The notes under the pieces are model-generated. The model worked only from the letters and a program-made list of their open reading frames with translations, had not been told where the DNA came from and searched no databases. Of a stretch of DNA of 64,000 bases, positions 60,357-64,000 are shown piece by piece. The position numbers and the translations under genes were made by a program. The stretch is from Pecten maximus (taxonomy: Eukaryota): the NCBI RefSeq assembly GCF_902652985.1, contig NC_047018.1, forward strand, positions 36,270,001 through 36,334,000, read 5' to 3'. Every line of letters starts with the position of its first letter. The stretch's first letter is position 1.

Positions 60357-63020
60357 ATGGATAGCCACTACGGCGTAGAGGTTACTAACAAGTTTGCTCT
60401 AAACATAGATGATGATGATGATCCCTTTGAGATCATCCAGCAGCAAGAAGAGCTGAAAAAGAAGCTGGACACTCAGGACAAAACCAGCCAGAAATCGAAG
60501 AAGGCCAAACAGGCCAAGAAAAATGTCTTGCAACCTGAAAATAAGAACAAACAGTCAGAACAATCTGTTCTAAAAAAGGAAGGTAATACTTGAAATGAGT
60601 CTATTTAATAATTGCACGACATATTTAGCTAAATACGCATTTGTATTGTGTGTACTGCGCAGCACATCGAGCTGAAGGCCACATGGTGTTTTGACATGTT
60701 CTGCCAAGTAAACCCACGTGTTTGGACGAACAACTTTTCCACTTCGTCCTCCTAGTTACTGTTGATAGATGGTCGTAACTTTTGAAGTAAAATGAAGGTG
60801 TTGTATCCCCAAGGCCCTGAAGAAATTTGTGGCGATTTTATATCTATATACAACAATGCTTTCAATGCATTCGCTCAAGTTTTAAACTGGGTGATTATGT
60901 AGGACTCAATTTGTCGGGACCTGTCAGGCGGACAATATTAAATTATTTAAAAAAATAGAACGTTATTAATAAATGCAACACCCAATTGGCCGACGTCTCG
61001 ACACCGCGTGTTGCGTAAATAAATGGTACTCAATTTAATTAACTTTTGAAGGTATGGTGTTCAAAAATGTGTACTTCATCCAAATACATTCCAGAATCTT
61101 CCACCCTATGTTTTTATTTGGGATATTTGACGGGGTGGTTGGATTGGAATGGAAGAAACATTGTCACCTTCACCAAAAAATGTCTGCTAGTCTGGTTTCT
61201 AAGTCTCAAATCTTGTTTTCATTATTCCTGCTGTAAGGACCTTTTGAATGTGTATTCCCACTACTGTATTTCAGATTCGGTATTTGGGGTTAATATTTGT
61301 ATTTTTTCAGAATTTGTACTTAATTATAATGATTGACAGCCCAAAGCTTGTTTTTTGTAATGAAATATCCATCAGTGTCTTCAAAAGCCAAAACACACAT
61401 ACGCACTCACCACAAGCATGCATGTCGCACGCACGGGAGGCCGTCCTTAAATGACCTTAGCTGTTAATAGGACGTTAAACAAAATAAACCAAACCAAACT
61501 TCAAAAACGCAAAATGTTTGCAGCAACTTCGTTCTTCCCAAAATGTTATTTGGAACTGGTACTCCCGTGCAAAGTTGAGTTCCATTTTGTAAGATATCTT
61601 TTATTTTATGCAAGAAGCACGAAAAGGTGGGTTTTCAGTATGGCATCTTTGAATTGTGCTTCTCTTTTACCATTGTAATCAAATTAATAATAGGGAGAAA
61701 AACGTGTGGCTACCATATTTACATTTGGGACAATTTTGATTATTAAGTATGTTTTTGATTTATACTTGCAGACAAAATAAACAATCAGTCACAGTCGAGA
61801 CAGGATCGTCCACCTCGCAGTGCAAGACAAAACAGGGAGCCTAGAGATTCCAGAGGAGATGATGACCGACGGCCGCGAAGACGAGACGATAATGTCTCCA
61901 ATGAAAATAGGTAATACTTCATATTGGTTATGACGGTGCTTAATTGTTAACCATATTCAGTAGGTTTCTGTCATTAGTTAGGTTATTCCATCCATCACAC
62001 TTTGAACTGGCGTGACATCTGGGTCCATTTTTCAGTCAAAAATGATTCAAGTATGTTCTCTCAAGTCTGACATTGATAAAATGGGGCTAAATTGGTGAAC
62101 ATTAATTTTCTGACATGCATCTTTTATGGTGAGGAAACTTTATGTCATCAAAGATATATCATGCATGTTCATCTGAGAGTAGATCATAATTTGAGCATGG
62201 ACTTTTTGAGGGTTTCCTCAAACGTGTGTCAAAGTATTTGAAATCAGTTATGTAAAGCATTTTCTGTTTTATCAATTCTAAAAAAATCAATCTGTTCTAT
62301 AAAGGAATGAAGGTGGCTTCCAGAGGTCAGAAGGTGGTGGCTTCAACCGACCAGACAGTGGATTTGGCGGTGGCCGAGGTGGGTTTGGCGGCCGTGGACG
62401 TGGAGGCATGAGAGGTAGCCGTGGTGGAAGAGGAGGCTCCCGAGGTGGTGGTGGCTTTGGTGGCGATAGAGTTGACCGTGGCGACCGCAAACGGGAATTT
62501 GAACGACACAGTGGCAGTGACAGAACGTTAGTAGCATATTTTGATTATTGGCTTTTAGACATGTAAAATAAAATACCCAGATGTGTAATGGAGCACTCTT
62601 TGTTTCACAAACCAGGTGGCATTGAATTAATTGTGTGCAATTGAGTGTTAAATGAGCCAGTATCCTTGAGTACCAAAAATATTCTGCTCCAATATAAAAA
62701 GAAAATTGTGAAAGGCTCAATTTTAATAATGCTTAAGTTTCTTTAATAATTTAAGAAACCTAGATATGTGGAAACAACTTTTGATGTGTACTAATTCAGT
62801 AAAAAAAATGTTTCCATTATCTGTGATGGATATTTTAGTTTAAAGCTGCTTTGGACTTGCAGACGACAGGTGGCTGTTATCTCCAAAGGTTTTGTTGAAG
62901 TAAGTAGGGAATGCAAATAAATTTTTGTTTACTGTCTTGCTTTAGCAGTGGTGTGAAGGCTACAGAAAAGCGAGAGGGCAGTGGATCACACAACTGGGGT
63001 ACCTTTAAGGATGACTTGGA
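60357..63020 (+). CDS. SERBP1: SERBP1/HABP4 (PAI-RBP1, Vig-like) RGG RNA-binding protein, 5' part; continues beyond window
   Basis: Exons 60357-60582, 61772-61910, 62305-62526, 62949 (or 62946)-63020. N-terminus YGVEVTNKFALNIDDDDDPFEII, an RGG-rich block, and [36 protein letters not shown] match the HABP4_PAI-RBP1 family. An invertebrate gene is probably co-orthologous to both SERBP1 and HABP4. Confidence 0.93.
61398..61500 (+). mobile_element. SINE 3' fragment in SERBP1 intron 1
   Basis: Tail GTCCTTAAATGACCTTAGCTGTTAATAGGACGTTAAACAAAATAAACCAAACC is shared with 47102-47155 but has a different upstream body. Confidence 0.75.
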
Positions 63021-63688
63021 GTAAGTCGAGCTGTGCTTGGTTGGTGAGGCTGTATTGATCAGAGACCTATGGTCATATTTGGATGCTTTTTGAGCTGCAT
63101 GCTGCTGAATACCCACAGAGCATTTGTTTCATGGTTTTAACAAACTACCAACATTACTAAATTCTGTGAAATTATGATTCATAATCTCATTGAATTTATA
63201 AATGCAACCAATGTTTTGATCTTTACTCTGAAGTTTGGTTTAATTATGTAAACAAAAGAATGAATATGGTATCACGGCTAGGCATGCTTCTAATTAAGCA
63301 TATCCACATCAACATGCGTTTCCAATGTAACTTGTTTTTTAATCCCGAACTATTAACATTGGTTTTGATTGCGGTTTTCAATGTGAAAAATGAATGAAAG
63401 GTTATCAAAGCCAGGAGTTTGCACCCAGTTCATCACCTCCCTTTCCTGTGTTGTCACCCGAAAGTGAAATTCCTAACTTGTCACAGATTTGCCCTAGGAG
63501 ATGCTAGTGTTCCAAATTGCTTACCTTGAATTTAGAGAGAACCTTGAAAACAGCACACAACTATATCCTAAAATATGCAGGATAAAGATGAGTTTAAAAC
63601 AAAAAAAGGGAAAGCCATTGTTGACATTTTCCTGAGAGAAAAAAACTGCAACATAATTTTCACTATGAATTCCTCCAGAAGTAAATTT

Positions 63689-63854
63689 GGGCTATTCCAT
63701 TAAAATGTCTACCTGACACTAGGTATCCACAATAAATGATAATCACTTCTTTACATGGTTGGATTACCTTCCTACTACTATTGTGTAATTTATTAAATGC
63801 CCTTAACCAAACCTGGAGTCCTGGGGTTGGGTAGATGTTTTGCTGGAAAAGCCC
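63689..63854. mobile_element. MITE with ~35-bp imperfect TIRs (GGGCTATTCCA...TGGAAAAGCCC)
   Basis: GGGCTATTCCATTAAAATGTCTACCTGACACTAGG versus the reverse complement of CCTGGGGTTGGGTAGATGTTTTGCTGGAAAAGCCC. Confidence 0.65.
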
Positions 63855-64000
63855 TTGTGAAACTGCTAACATTATGATTTCTTGTATTTAAATACTGAAT
63901 GTCCTTGAAGTATCAATTCTAGCCACTTTTGATGTTCATCAATAATATTGGCATATAATTAATTTTCCTTTGTTTTCATGGTAAATACTCGAATGTGATT

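Noticed and set aside
62110-62260. H/ACA snoRNA-like double hairpin in SERBP1 intron 2
   Set aside because: Hairpins and an ANANNA motif can be drawn, but no ACA box follows the second hairpin.

Overview
AT-rich, intron-rich animal genomic DNA, probably a bivalve mollusc (inferred from a V-SINE and the repeat landscape); it is not prokaryotic, and nearly all long ORFs in the track are translations of tandem repeats. Four spliced genes were rebuilt by hand from GT-AG junctions and lie as two head-to-head pairs: SETD9 (-, 5 exons, 282 aa) with EIF2B2 (+, 13 exons, 353 aa), and ZNF367 (-, 4 exons, 380 aa) with a SERBP1/HABP4-family gene (+, 4 exons, running off the right end). About a third of the window (~22 kb) is minisatellite: ~18 arrays, mostly 21-52 bp units. 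SINE, MITE and palindromic mini-element copies are also present. The best lead is a set of tiny inverted-repeat elements with CA(C)AG(A/G)G termini. Two have perfect 7-bp target-site duplications and resemble P-element excision footprints. The same terminal motif recurs in the unit of at least five different minisatellites, suggesting transposon-end-seeded minisatellite birth. Second, the divergent ZNF367-SERBP1/HABP4 pair mirrors the human ZNF367-HABP4 arrangement. All homology calls are from recalled sequences; no searches were run.
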